Positions 7,111 through 14,910 of a DNA stretch of 32,000 nucleotides are shown one piece after another; within the stretch, counting starts at the first letter, position 1, and each line of letters opens with the position of its first letter. The translations under genes were made by a program, and so were the position numbers. The DNA comes from Xanthomonas campestris pv. campestris str. ATCC 33913. GTDB lineage: Bacteria; Pseudomonadota; Gammaproteobacteria; Xanthomonadales; Xanthomonadaceae. Under the pieces are notes generated by a model. That model saw only the letters and a list, made by a program, of their open reading frames with translations, did not search any database and had not been told where the DNA came from. The DNA lies in assembly GCF_000007145.1 (NCBI RefSeq), contig NC_003902.1, positions 967,436 through 999,435 of the forward strand. The letters are read 5' to 3'.

Positions 7111-8154
7111 CTAGCCCCGCATCGCCAGCACCGTGATTTCCTCACGGTCGTGATAGAGCTGCTTGGCTCGCACCGTCAGTGATTTCTCGGCTTGCTGCTC
7201 GAACAGGTCCAGGCACAGCCGGGTCTCGTCCCAGCGTTTTTTCATTGGCAACTTGAGATTGAAGATGGTGTGGCGGCACCAGCCTTCGCGCACCCAGGTG
7301 GCCATGCGTTCGGCCACGCGGCGCGGCTGCTCGACCATGTCGCAGACCATCCAGTCCAGCGGTTGCGCGGGCTTCCAGTGAAAGCCATCGGCACGCAGAT
7401 GTTCGACCAGACCGGTGGCCAGCACATGCTCGCGTAGCGGGCCGTTGTCGACACTGGTCACGTGCACGTGCTGGCGGGTGAGCACCCAGGTCCAGCCGCC
7501 CGGTGCGGCGCCCAGATCGGCGGCGCGCATGCCGGGTTTGACCAGCTGTTCGCGTTCTTCCGGGGTCAGCAGCGTGAGCAGTGCTTCGTCGAGCTTGAGT
7601 GCCGAGCGCGATGGCGCCTCCGGCAGCAATTTCAGGCGCGGAATGCCGAGCGGCCAGGGCGCGCTGTCGCTGCTGTCGGCCACTGCCAGCAGTGCGTGGT
7701 CGCCATCCAGAAAACAGATGTGCAGGCGTGGCAGTCGCGCTTGTGGTTTGTCGGTCAGCAGGCCGGCCTTGCGCAATGCAGGCCGCAACGCATTCCCGAA
7801 GCTGCGGGCCAGGCCGGCCAGTGGTTTGCCGGCGTCCGAATCCGGATGCTCCACCCACAGATCGCCAAAGCGCGGTTGGCCGTCCAGCGCCGCCAGGATC
7901 GGGGTGATGCGGTCCTTGGGATCGAGGCCCTTGAGTTCGGCGAGCACCACCAGTTTCTGGCGCGCGAAGATCAGCTCGCGCCACTGCAGCCTGGCGGCCA
8001 GCTGCGCGGCCTCGTCGCAGACAAACAACACATAGCCATCGTTACGCTGCGTGCGCGCATAGCCGGCAATGCCGACAAACGCTGCGCGGGCGCTGAGTTC
8101 GGCGGCCAGTTCCGGCTCGAAGCCCTGCCGGCAATAGCACAGCAGCCCGCTCAT
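7111..8154 (-). CDS. rlmM: 23S rRNA (cytidine2498-2'-O)-methyltransferase RlmM
   Basis: 347 aa, ATG 8154. N-terminal THUMP-like region MSGLLCYCRQGFEPELAAEL. SAM-binding block DLGAAPGGWTWVL and C-terminal FNLKLPMKKR are typical RlmM/YgdE. Confidence 0.9.
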   Translation of the reverse strand: MSGLLCYCRQGFEPELAAELSARAAFVGIAGYARTQRNDGYVLFVCDEAAQLAARLQWRELIFARQKLVVLAELKGLDPKDRITPILAALDGQPRFGDLWVEHPDSDAGKPLAGLARSFGNALRPALRKAGLLTDKPQARLPRLHICFLDGDHALLAVADSSDSAPWPLGIPRLKLLPEAPSRSALKLDEALLTLLTPEEREQLVKPGMRAADLGAAPGGWTWVLTRQHVHVTSVDNGPLREHVLATGLVEHLRADGFHWKPAQPLDWMVCDMVEQPRRVAERMATWVREGWCRHTIFNLKLPMKKRWDETRLCLDLFEQQAEKSLTVRAKQLYHDREEITVLAMRG

Positions 8155-8175
8155 CGCAGTGCCTGCCGTGGGAGG

Positions 8176-8736
8176 TCAATAATGATCACCGCCACCCTCG
8201 CCATAGCTGCGCAACACCGCGCAGGCCTGTTCGCGCTGCACATCGCGCACCACCTCGATGCCGCGACGGGTCAGCTCGCCCACCCAGTCGGCCGGCAGCG
8301 GGCCTTCGTCGAATTCGGTCAAGGCCATCACGTCTTCGGCGCGCGCGCCGATCAGCAGGCGGTCGATGCCGGCCCACACGGTGGCGCCGTAGCACTGGCA
8401 GCACGGCTGCGCAGAGGTGGCCAGGGTCACCGGCGACAGGACATCGTTCAACCGTGGCGTCTGCAGGCGCTGCTGGGCCAGCATGTAGGCCATGTTTTCC
8501 GCATGTGCCAGCGAAGTGTTCTGTGGCACCACGCGGTTCACCGCCGCGGCGATGATGCGGTCGTCGGGCCCGAACACCACCGCCCCAAACGGGCCGCCGC
8601 TGCGTGCTTCCACGTTCATCCGCGACAGATCGATCGCCAGCGCCACTTTCTCGGCGTCGCCAGGATAGGCGCGGCTAGCGTCCACATGGTCGTGGATCCA
8701 GGCGGGCAGGGTGAGGTGAACTTGCGCGTAGAGCAT
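8176..8736 (-). CDS. CDA-fold nucleoside/guanine deaminase (GuaD/TadA-like zinc deaminase)
   Basis: The true start is ATG 8736 (MLYAQVHL...), not the 470-aa track ORF. Motifs GGPFGAVVF, HAENMA (HAE) and PCCQCYG (PCxxC) are present. The ATG shares its A with the TGA of the upstream gene (TGATG). Confidence 0.85.
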   Translation of the reverse strand: MLYAQVHLTLPAWIHDHVDASRAYPGDAEKVALAIDLSRMNVEARSGGPFGAVVFGPDDRIIAAAVNRVVPQNTSLAHAENMAYMLAQQRLQTPRLNDVLSPVTLATSAQPCCQCYGATVWAGIDRLLIGARAEDVMALTEFDEGPLPADWVGELTRRGIEVVRDVQREQACAVLRSYGEGGGDHY

Positions 8737-9167
8737 CACTGGACCGGTGCAGGAGAGGAATCGGGGCGGCGCAGTGTATCGGTCTGTGCATCGCTTGCGG
8801 CACATTGGCCGGAAACGCACTGACAGGCACTGATCTCGCGGAAGCCGCACACACTCATCGTGCCGCTGGCCTGACATTGCGCCAGCACGCCCTTGGGGTC
8901 GGTGGCGCTGTTGACGTTGACGCATGCGGGAAACGCGCCGCAACAGTTGCCCACGTCTTTCACCGTGCAATCGGCATCGGTGCGGCAGGTGGTGTTGACC
9001 TGGATGCGCTTGATGGGTGAGGCCGATGCGGGCGGTGTGGCCGCTTCGGTGGGTGCGGGAGCAACACAGCCGATCAGCAAGGCCTGCGCGATCAGCAGCA
9101 CGGTGCTCAGGAGCCAGGAATGTGTACGGGGCATGCGGGCGTCCTGCAAGGGGCGGAGGACTGCCAT
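8736..9167 (-). CDS. Cysteine-rich lipoprotein (10 Cys in the mature domain), unknown function
   Basis: ATG 9167 has AGGAGGG 5 nt upstream. Signal peptide with lipobox LLIGC, then a Pro/Ala/Thr linker. The Cys pattern is C-x5-C-x7-CC-x5-C-x16-C-x8-C-x7-C-x-C-x4-C. Third positions are G/C-rich. Confidence 0.7.
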   Translation of the reverse strand: MAVLRPLQDARMPRTHSWLLSTVLLIAQALLIGCVAPAPTEAATPPASASPIKRIQVNTTCRTDADCTVKDVGNCCGAFPACVNVNSATDPKGVLAQCQASGTMSVCGFREISACQCVSGQCAASDAQTDTLRRPDSSPAPVQ

Positions 9168-9206
9168 GGTAGCCCTCCTGCCCACGCCGCACGCCGCTGT
9201 GGCCGG

Positions 9207-9575
9207 TCAGCGGCTCAGCGTGATCGAATCGGCGGTTTCTTGCTGGACCACGATCCCGGTGCCGGCGATGGCCTGGCGCACTGCCTGGCGGATGCTCACC
9301 TGGCCGTGCACCGCATTGACCGGTACCGCATCGAAGGAGCGGTCGGTGGGCGGGGAAAACTGAATCGCGCAGCGGGTGGCGTGGGCCAGCTGCTGCATGG
9401 TTTCGTCCAGCCGTGCCGGCGGGATGTCGTAGTTCGGCGGCACTGCGACCACATCGCAGGGGCCGCTGGGCGGCGTGCTCGCCTGTGGGCCAGCGGGCTG
9501 GGTTGTGCAGGCGCCCAGACCAAGCATCAGGCAAGCCAACGCGCAGCGTAGGGATAGGGAAATATGCATGGGCAT
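9207..9575 (-). CDS. Small lipoprotein consisting essentially of one STN (secretin/TonB N-terminal) domain
   Basis: ATG 9575 or 9569, with no clear SD. Signal peptide with lipobox LGLGAC and a Pro-rich linker. YDIPPARLDETMQQLAHATRCAIQFSP...VNAVHGQVSIRQAVRQAIAGTGIVVQQETADSITL matches the STN consensus (fdIPaqpL..AL..la.qtG..i.......v..v.G..s...AL..lL.GTGl......g.i.l). Confidence 0.7.
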   Translation of the reverse strand: MPMHISLSLRCALACLMLGLGACTTQPAGPQASTPPSGPCDVVAVPPNYDIPPARLDETMQQLAHATRCAIQFSPPTDRSFDAVPVNAVHGQVSIRQAVRQAIAGTGIVVQQETADSITLSR

Positions 9576-9627
9576 TGCGTGAGGTCAATGTCGCAGGGTA
9601 GGCACCTGGTGTGGTGCCGGCGGTGAG

Positions 9628-10557
9628 TCAGTTCGTTTCGCCATGCAGCGCTGCGCACCACAGCACGCCCACCAGCAGGCAGGCAATGGCGGCCAGCTCC
9701 AGCCCGGTGGGTAGGCGCGCTTCCCAGGCAAAGCCGTACAGCAGCGCGAACACCGTTTCGAACACGATCATCTGGCCGACCAGGGTCAGCGGCAGCAGCC
9801 GGCTGGCGCGGTTCCACAGGCCATTGCCGATCACCGAGGCGAGCACCGCCAGTACCAATGCAATGGCCCAGAAGCGGGCCCAGTCGAGCGGCGCATGCAC
9901 GGTGGTGTCGAGCAATGTGAGCGGGGCCAATAGCAGCGCCAGTGCCCCGGTGACCACGCCGGTCAGCAGCGACCAGTCCTGGCTGGACAGGTCGGCGCGG
10001 CGTCGCAGCCAGCGGGCATTGCCGATGGAATACACCGACCAGCTGATCAACGCGCCCACCGCGCACAACAGCCCGGCGACGCGGGTGCCCAGATCCGACG
10101 CTTGCGCGCCGCCGTCGCGCTGCAAGGTGTCCACGGCCACCAGCGCCACGCCTGCCACGCACAGCGCGCACGGCGCGGCCAGGGGCGGTAATCCCACCGC
10201 ACCGGCGGCGCGCGTGCCGATCACCGTGACCACCACCGGCAGCAGGCCGATGATCAGCGCGGTGGCCGCACCACCGGCCCATTGCACGGCACTGCCGAGC
10301 AGCACGTAGTAGATCAGGTTGCCCAGCAGGCTCAGGCGCACCAGCGCCCACCACTCGGCGCGGCCCAGCCGGGCGGCGGTGCGCCGCGCGCGCGGCGCCA
10401 GCACCAATGCGGCCACTGCGCCATAGGCCAGGTAGCGCGACAACGCCAGTTGCAACGGCGAAAACGCCGCCAGCAACTGTGGTGCCAAAAACACCAACCC
10501 CCACAACGCGCCGGCGCCCATGCCACTGGCCACGCCTGCCATCAGCCGCTCACGCAT
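9628..10557 (-). CDS. DMT-superfamily (EamA-like) transporter
   Basis: 309 aa, ATG 10557. About 10 hydrophobic segments and a duplicated EamA-type architecture. Confidence 0.85.
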   Translation of the reverse strand: MRERLMAGVASGMGAGALWGLVFLAPQLLAAFSPLQLALSRYLAYGAVAALVLAPRARRTAARLGRAEWWALVRLSLLGNLIYYVLLGSAVQWAGGAATALIIGLLPVVVTVIGTRAAGAVGLPPLAAPCALCVAGVALVAVDTLQRDGGAQASDLGTRVAGLLCAVGALISWSVYSIGNARWLRRRADLSSQDWSLLTGVVTGALALLLAPLTLLDTTVHAPLDWARFWAIALVLAVLASVIGNGLWNRASRLLPLTLVGQMIVFETVFALLYGFAWEARLPTGLELAAIACLLVGVLWCAALHGETN

Positions 10558-10682
10558 CGCACACCTCCTTCCAGGCGTGCAGCATGCCGCGTGTGTGCAG
10601 GGGCGGCTTGACCCGGGCTCTTGTGCGGCGTTCAGCCTGGCCGCCGCTGTGTGCGGGGATCACACCGCCCACGGCATGCCGC

Positions 10683-11426
10683 TCAGCGCGTGCCGGCATG
10701 CTGCTGGCGGCGTCGATACGCCGCCGGCGTCATGCCCAGGATGCGGCGCATCGCACGCGTCAGTGCGGTCTGGTCCGACCAGCCATGCACCAGTGCCAGC
10801 TGCGCGATCGGCACATCGGTATGCGCCAGCTGCAGGCAGACGCGCTGCAGCCGCAACGCACCCAGCCATTGCTGCGGCGTTTGATCGAAGGTGTCGCGAA
10901 ACAGCGCGTGTACGCGGCCTGCGCCCATGCCCAGGTACGCGGCCATGCGCTGCACCGGCCAGGGCTCGGCGTGTGTTGCGGTAATCGTGTCGCACAGCTG
11001 CTGCAGGCGCTGCAGTGGTGCAGGATCGGCGCGCAGGGCGTGCAGCAGGGGCGGCAGACAATGGCCACGCAGCAGGGCAGGTACGGCATCGCGCGTGCGG
11101 CAGTGCTGGTCGATGAAGTTGGCAATGGCCAGCAGGCGCGGCGTGGTGGCCACAAATGGCCGCTGTTGCAGCTGCTCCACGCGATGGGCGCCCACGTCAG
11201 CGTCGCTGCATTCCAGGATCAGAAAACGGTTGTCGTCGTGCGCGGCCTGATCGTGATCGGTGTGCGGTGCGATGACCACCGCCTGCCGGTGATCGACGCG
11301 CCCGCCGCGTCCACCAACCTCGATCTCCAACGTGCCGCGAACCGGCAGCACCACCTGCACATGGGCGTGGCGGTGGCGATACCCGTCACGCCCATACTGA
11401 CGTAGATGCAGGGCGCCATCGGTCAT
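10683..11426 (-). CDS. AraC-family transcriptional regulator with N-terminal cupin-like domain
   Basis: 247 aa, ATG 11426. The C-terminal double HTH (VQRMAAYLGMGAGRVHALFRDTF..., IAQLALVHGWSDQTALTRAMRRILGMTPAAYRRR) is classic AraC/XylS. Confidence 0.9.
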   Translation of the reverse strand: MTDGALHLRQYGRDGYRHRHAHVQVVLPVRGTLEIEVGGRGGRVDHRQAVVIAPHTDHDQAAHDDNRFLILECSDADVGAHRVEQLQQRPFVATTPRLLAIANFIDQHCRTRDAVPALLRGHCLPPLLHALRADPAPLQRLQQLCDTITATHAEPWPVQRMAAYLGMGAGRVHALFRDTFDQTPQQWLGALRLQRVCLQLAHTDVPIAQLALVHGWSDQTALTRAMRRILGMTPAAYRRRQQHAGTR

Positions 11427-11469
11427 TGCAGCAGGGCCGCGCCGTTGCGAGCAGCGGCGCGGCGGAGCC

Positions 11470-13209
11470 TCACTTGGCCCAGGTGTCGCGCAGGGTCACG
11501 CTGCGGTTGAACGCCGGCGTGGCGGCACTGTGGTCGCGACGGTCGGCCACGAAATAGCCGGTGCGCTCGAACTGGAACGCCTGCTCGGGTGCGGCCTGCG
11601 CCGCCGACGGCTCCACATAGCCGCGCACGCTGCGCTTGGACTCGGGGTTGAGGTAGTCGCGGTAGGTCTTGCCTTCGGACTCGTCGTCGGGCTTTTCCAC
11701 CGAGAACAGACGGTCGTACAGGCGGATTTCCGCCTCCACCGCATGGACGGCGCTGACCCAATGGATGGTCCCCTTGACCTTGCGGTTGGAACCGATCATG
11801 CCCGGGCGCGATTCCGGATCCAGCCAGCCGCGCAGCTCCACGATCTCGCCGGCGGCGTCCTTGATCACTTCATCCACGCGCGCAATGCCCGCGCCGCGCA
11901 GACGGATCTCGCCGCCCGGCACCAGCCGCTTCCAGCCCTTGGGCGGCACTTCGGCAAAATCCTCGCGCTCGATCCACAGCTCGCGCGCAAACGGCACCTC
12001 ACGCGTGCCGAAGCTCTCGTCCTTAGGGTGGTTGGAAAACTGCAGCGTCTCGGTGTGACCCTCGGGCAGGTTGGTCAGCACCAGCTTGAGCGGGTCGATG
12101 ACTGCCATGCGCCGCGCGGCGGCCGCGTCCAGGTCTTCGCGCAGGCAGCCTTCCAGTACCGAGAAATCGATCACCGAGTTCTGTTTGCTGATACCCACGC
12201 GGTCCACGAACAGACGCATCGCCGCCGGCGTATAGCCGCGCCGGCGCAGGCCCTGCAGCGTGTACATGCGCGGGTCGTCCCAGCCGTCCACCAGCTGTTC
12301 TTCCACCAGCGCGGTGAGCTTGCGCTTGCTCATCACCGTGTAGTTGATGTTCAGGCGCGAGAACTCGATCTGGCGCGGCTTGGCGGCTTCCTTCGGGTAG
12401 CCCTTGCCCAGCAGCGGCGCCAGCAGCTCGGGATGGCCGCTCAGGTCCACCTTGTCCACGCACCAGTCGTACAACGGGCGGTGGTCTTCAAATTCCAGCG
12501 TGCACAGCGAATGGGTGATGCCTTCCACCGCATCGCCCAGCGAATGCGCGAAGTCATACATCGGGTAGATCGGCCAGGCGTTGCCGGTGTTCTGGTGTTC
12601 GACGTGCTTGATGCGGTACAGCGCCGGGTCGCGCAGGTTGATGTTGCCGCTGGCCATGTCGATCTTGGCGCGCAGCGTGCGCGCGCCATCGGGGAATTCG
12701 CCGGCCCGCATGCGCCGGAACAGGTCCAGGTTTTCGTCGACGCTGCGTTCGCGGAACGGCGAGTTGCGGCCTGGCTCGGTCAGCGTGCCGCGGTATTGGC
12801 GCACCTGCTCGGCCGAGAGGTCGCAGACGAACGCATGGCCGTCGCGGATCAGCTTTTCCGCCGCCAGGTAGTACACCTCGAAGTAATCGGAGGCATGCCG
12901 CAGCTGCGCCCACTCAAAGCCCAGCCAGCGCACGTCGTCCTGGATGGCGACCACGAACTCGGGGTCTTCCTTGGCCGGGTTGGTATCGTCCAGGCGCAGG
13001 TTGCACAGCCCGCCGAACTCGGCCGCCAGGCCGAAGTCCAGGCAGATCGCCTTGGCATGGCCGATATGCAGGTAGCCATTGGGCTCGGGCGGGAAGCGGG
13101 TGCGGATGGCCGTGTGCTTGCCGCTGGCCAGGTCCTCGCGAACGATCTGGCGGATGAAGTCTTTCTTCTCCGCCGGGGCGGTGGCGTCGGTGGCTGGAAT
13201 CTCGGACAT
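11470..13209 (-). CDS. glnS: Glutaminyl-tRNA synthetase
   Basis: ATG 13209 (MSEIPATD...; an alternative ATG is at 13218) gives 579 aa. Class I signatures are [14 protein letters not shown] (HIGH) and VMSKRKL (KMSKS). The 695-aa track ORF is an upstream extension. Confidence 0.95.
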   Translation of the reverse strand: MSEIPATDATAPAEKKDFIRQIVREDLASGKHTAIRTRFPPEPNGYLHIGHAKAICLDFGLAAEFGGLCNLRLDDTNPAKEDPEFVVAIQDDVRWLGFEWAQLRHASDYFEVYYLAAEKLIRDGHAFVCDLSAEQVRQYRGTLTEPGRNSPFRERSVDENLDLFRRMRAGEFPDGARTLRAKIDMASGNINLRDPALYRIKHVEHQNTGNAWPIYPMYDFAHSLGDAVEGITHSLCTLEFEDHRPLYDWCVDKVDLSGHPELLAPLLGKGYPKEAAKPRQIEFSRLNINYTVMSKRKLTALVEEQLVDGWDDPRMYTLQGLRRRGYTPAAMRLFVDRVGISKQNSVIDFSVLEGCLREDLDAAAARRMAVIDPLKLVLTNLPEGHTETLQFSNHPKDESFGTREVPFARELWIEREDFAEVPPKGWKRLVPGGEIRLRGAGIARVDEVIKDAAGEIVELRGWLDPESRPGMIGSNRKVKGTIHWVSAVHAVEAEIRLYDRLFSVEKPDDESEGKTYRDYLNPESKRSVRGYVEPSAAQAAPEQAFQFERTGYFVADRRDHSAATPAFNRSVTLRDTWAK

Positions 13210-13438
13210 GCGGGGCATCGGTATCGGATAAACCGCAAGTTTAGGCGGTGGCACCGGTTTAGGGGTAGGCGCGGCGCACGTGGCGGCCTGGTGGCACGTG
13301 CGGGGCAGTGCCAGAGCGCCTTGGCACCTGCGGTGGCCGGGGCAGGCGCGCAACCGGCTCATCGGCTCGGCCATCGGCCGCTGGCCGGCGTCGCGCCCGA
13401 CGCGTACGCTGCGCGCACTCCTTCGAGCGAGCTGCGCA

Positions 13439-14080
13439 ATGTCACTGCCCCGCCTGGTGATCGGCGACAAGACCCTGTCCTCCTGGTCGTTGCGGCCGTG
13501 GCTGTTGCTACGGCATTTCCAGGTGCCGTTCGAAGAAGTCGCCTTGCCGTTGAACACGCCCGAATTCCAGGCCCGTATCGCCGGCTATTCGCCGACCCGG
13601 CTGGTGCCGGTGCTGTGGGATGGCACGCTGCATGTGTGGGATTCGCTGGCGATCTGCGAATACGTCAACGAGCGCTGGCTCGATGGCCGCGGCTGGCCGG
13701 CCGACCCGGCAGTGCGTGCGCAGGCCCGCGCCGCCGCCGCCGAAATGCACGGTGGCTTTGCCGCGCTGCGCAGCCAGCTGCCGATGGATCTGGCACGTGT
13801 GCCTGGGTCCGCTCACTGGGATGCCACCGCCGAGCGCGACATCGCGCGCATCCAGGCGCTGTGGGCCAGCCTGCGCGCCGAACACGGGCAGGGTGGTGCG
13901 TTCCTGTGCGGCGATTTCGGCATCGTCGATGCGATGTTCGCGCCGGTAGCACTGCGCTTTGCCAGCTACGGTGTGCCGCTATTCGAAGCCGCCGGCGATT
14001 ATCTGGCCGCGCTCGACAGCCTGCCCGCACTGCGCGAGTGGAAACTGGATGCCAAACGCGAACGGCTGGGGCGCGGCTGA
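13439..14080 (+). CDS. Glutathione S-transferase family protein
   Basis: ATG 13439 ([24 protein letters not shown]...). N-terminal thioredoxin-like region with VPVLWDG...[10 protein letters not shown] and an alpha-helical C domain. 213 aa. Confidence 0.8.
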   Translation: MSLPRLVIGDKTLSSWSLRPWLLLRHFQVPFEEVALPLNTPEFQARIAGYSPTRLVPVLWDGTLHVWDSLAICEYVNERWLDGRGWPADPAVRAQARAAAAEMHGGFAALRSQLPMDLARVPGSAHWDATAERDIARIQALWASLRAEHGQGGAFLCGDFGIVDAMFAPVALRFASYGVPLFEAAGDYLAALDSLPALREWKLDAKRERLGRG

Positions 14081-14081
14081 C

Positions 14082-14312
14082 ATGCAGATCGCCTACCGAG
14101 CCAGTCACATCATCGATGCCCATCTGGCCAAGCACGCGCTGGAAGATGCTGGCATCACCGCCTTCGTGTTCGGCGAATCGCTGCTGGGCGGCTCAGGCGA
14201 ACTGCCGGCCTTCGGCGTGTTGCAGGTCTGCGTGGCAGACATGCATCTGAGCCAGGCGCAAGCGGTGCTGGCCGAGATCGGCCTGTGCGGCGAGGTCACG
14301 CGCGCGCTGTAG
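14082..14312 (+). CDS. DUF2007-like small protein (putative signal-transducing protein family)
   Basis: ATG 14082 is one nt after the GST stop (TGAcATG). The 76-aa sequence MQIAYRASHIIDAHLAKHALEDAGITAFVFGE...VCVADMHLSQAQAVLAEIG fits the DUF2007 pattern. Confidence 0.6.
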   Translation: MQIAYRASHIIDAHLAKHALEDAGITAFVFGESLLGGSGELPAFGVLQVCVADMHLSQAQAVLAEIGLCGEVTRAL

Positions 14313-14345
14313 CGGTGCGCGGTCCCTGTGCGTGTCCTGTGCTGC

Positions 14346-14416
14346 TCGTAGGAGCGCACCCGGGCGCGATGAGGTTTCCCAGGCAACGCCGGTCGCGCCC
14401 AGGTGCGCTCCGACGA
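14346..14416. repeat. GTAG-type REP doublet (REPIN-like imperfect inverted repeat), copy 1
   Basis: Arms 14346-14370 (TCGTAGGAGCGCACCCGGGCGCGAT) and 14392-14416 pair at 22 of 25 positions plus one G-U, with a 21-nt loop. It shares the CGTAGGAGCGC core and a similar loop (..TTxCC....AACGCC) with the element at 27626-27697. It lies between convergent genes. Confidence 0.6.
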
Positions 14417-14445
14417 CGATCGCGAACGCAACAATAGGGGCGCGA

Positions 14446-14910
14446 TTACTCCGGTTGACGCCAGCCCGGCGGCGCGGCATCGGGCGAGGCCAATGCCCGC
14501 AGGCGTTTGAACAACACCGTGGTTTCGGCCACGTTCCACACCCGCAACGCCACCTCGAAGGTGTCCAACGGCTTGGTCAGGAAGTCCTTGGCACCCAACC
14601 CGAGCGCGCGATGGCGGGCGCTGCGGCTGGGGTCTGCGGTGAGCACGATCACCGGCAGGAACTGCCCCGGGTCGGACAGGCGCGCCAGCTGCTCCAGCAA
14701 CGCATAGCCGTCCAGTTCCGGCATCTTCAGATCCAGCAGGATCAGGTCCGGCGCGAATGCCGACACCAGGCCCATGACCCGTTGCGGGTCGGTGGTGGCG
14801 ACCACCTGCTGGAAGCCTTCGCGTTGCAGCAGGTCTTCGAGCAGCCGCACATTGGCCGGCTCGTCGTCGACGATGAGGATGCGGGAGGCGAGGATGTCGT
14901 CGCGTGTCAT
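14446..14910 (-). CDS. Single-domain response regulator (REC only)
   Basis: ATG 14910 overlaps the kinase stop (ATGA). 154 aa with ILIVDDEP, phospho-acceptor LILLDLKMPELDG and TKPLD. No output domain. Confidence 0.9.
   Translation of the reverse strand: MTRDDILASRILIVDDEPANVRLLEDLLQREGFQQVVATTDPQRVMGLVSAFAPDLILLDLKMPELDGYALLEQLARLSDPGQFLPVIVLTADPSRSARHRALGLGAKDFLTKPLDTFEVALRVWNVAETTVLFKRLRALASPDAAPPGWRQPE

Noticed and set aside
8176-8736. Deaminase as a polymorphic toxin, with the adjacent small proteins as immunity or delivery factors
   Set aside because: The protein has the housekeeping GuaD/TadA-type layout (GGPFGAV, HAE, PCxxC). It has no N-terminal delivery, secretion or Rhs/PAAR-type domain. 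The neighbours are exported lipoproteins, not cytoplasmic immunity proteins.
7462-8823. 453-aa + strand ORF opposite rlmM and the deaminase
   Set aside because: It is antisense to two genes with clear family signatures. It has shadow-ORF composition.
8176-9588. 470-aa reading of the deaminase ORF, and similar long N-terminal extensions of glnS (to 13557), the Nudix gene (to 29817), the exonuclease (to 30656), ahpF (to 24725), pip (from 26401) and the GFOR-like gene (from 5485)
   Set aside because: The extensions overlap other real genes in different frames, lack homology, and the internal ATG/GTG starts have RBS or stop-start coupling. I used the internal starts.
13210-13438. Possible leader or regulatory RNA in the 229-bp glnS-GST divergent spacer (repeated GTTTAGG motifs)
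   Set aside because: Only two short 7-mer repeats are present and no convincing structure. Gram-negative glnS is not known to use T-box or attenuator leaders. This is insufficient evidence.
11530-14250. 906-aa + strand ORF, the longest in the track
   Set aside because: It runs antisense through glnS, across the glnS-GST promoter spacer, and out of frame through the GST and DUF2007 genes. It has no recognisable domain. It is a shadow ORF.
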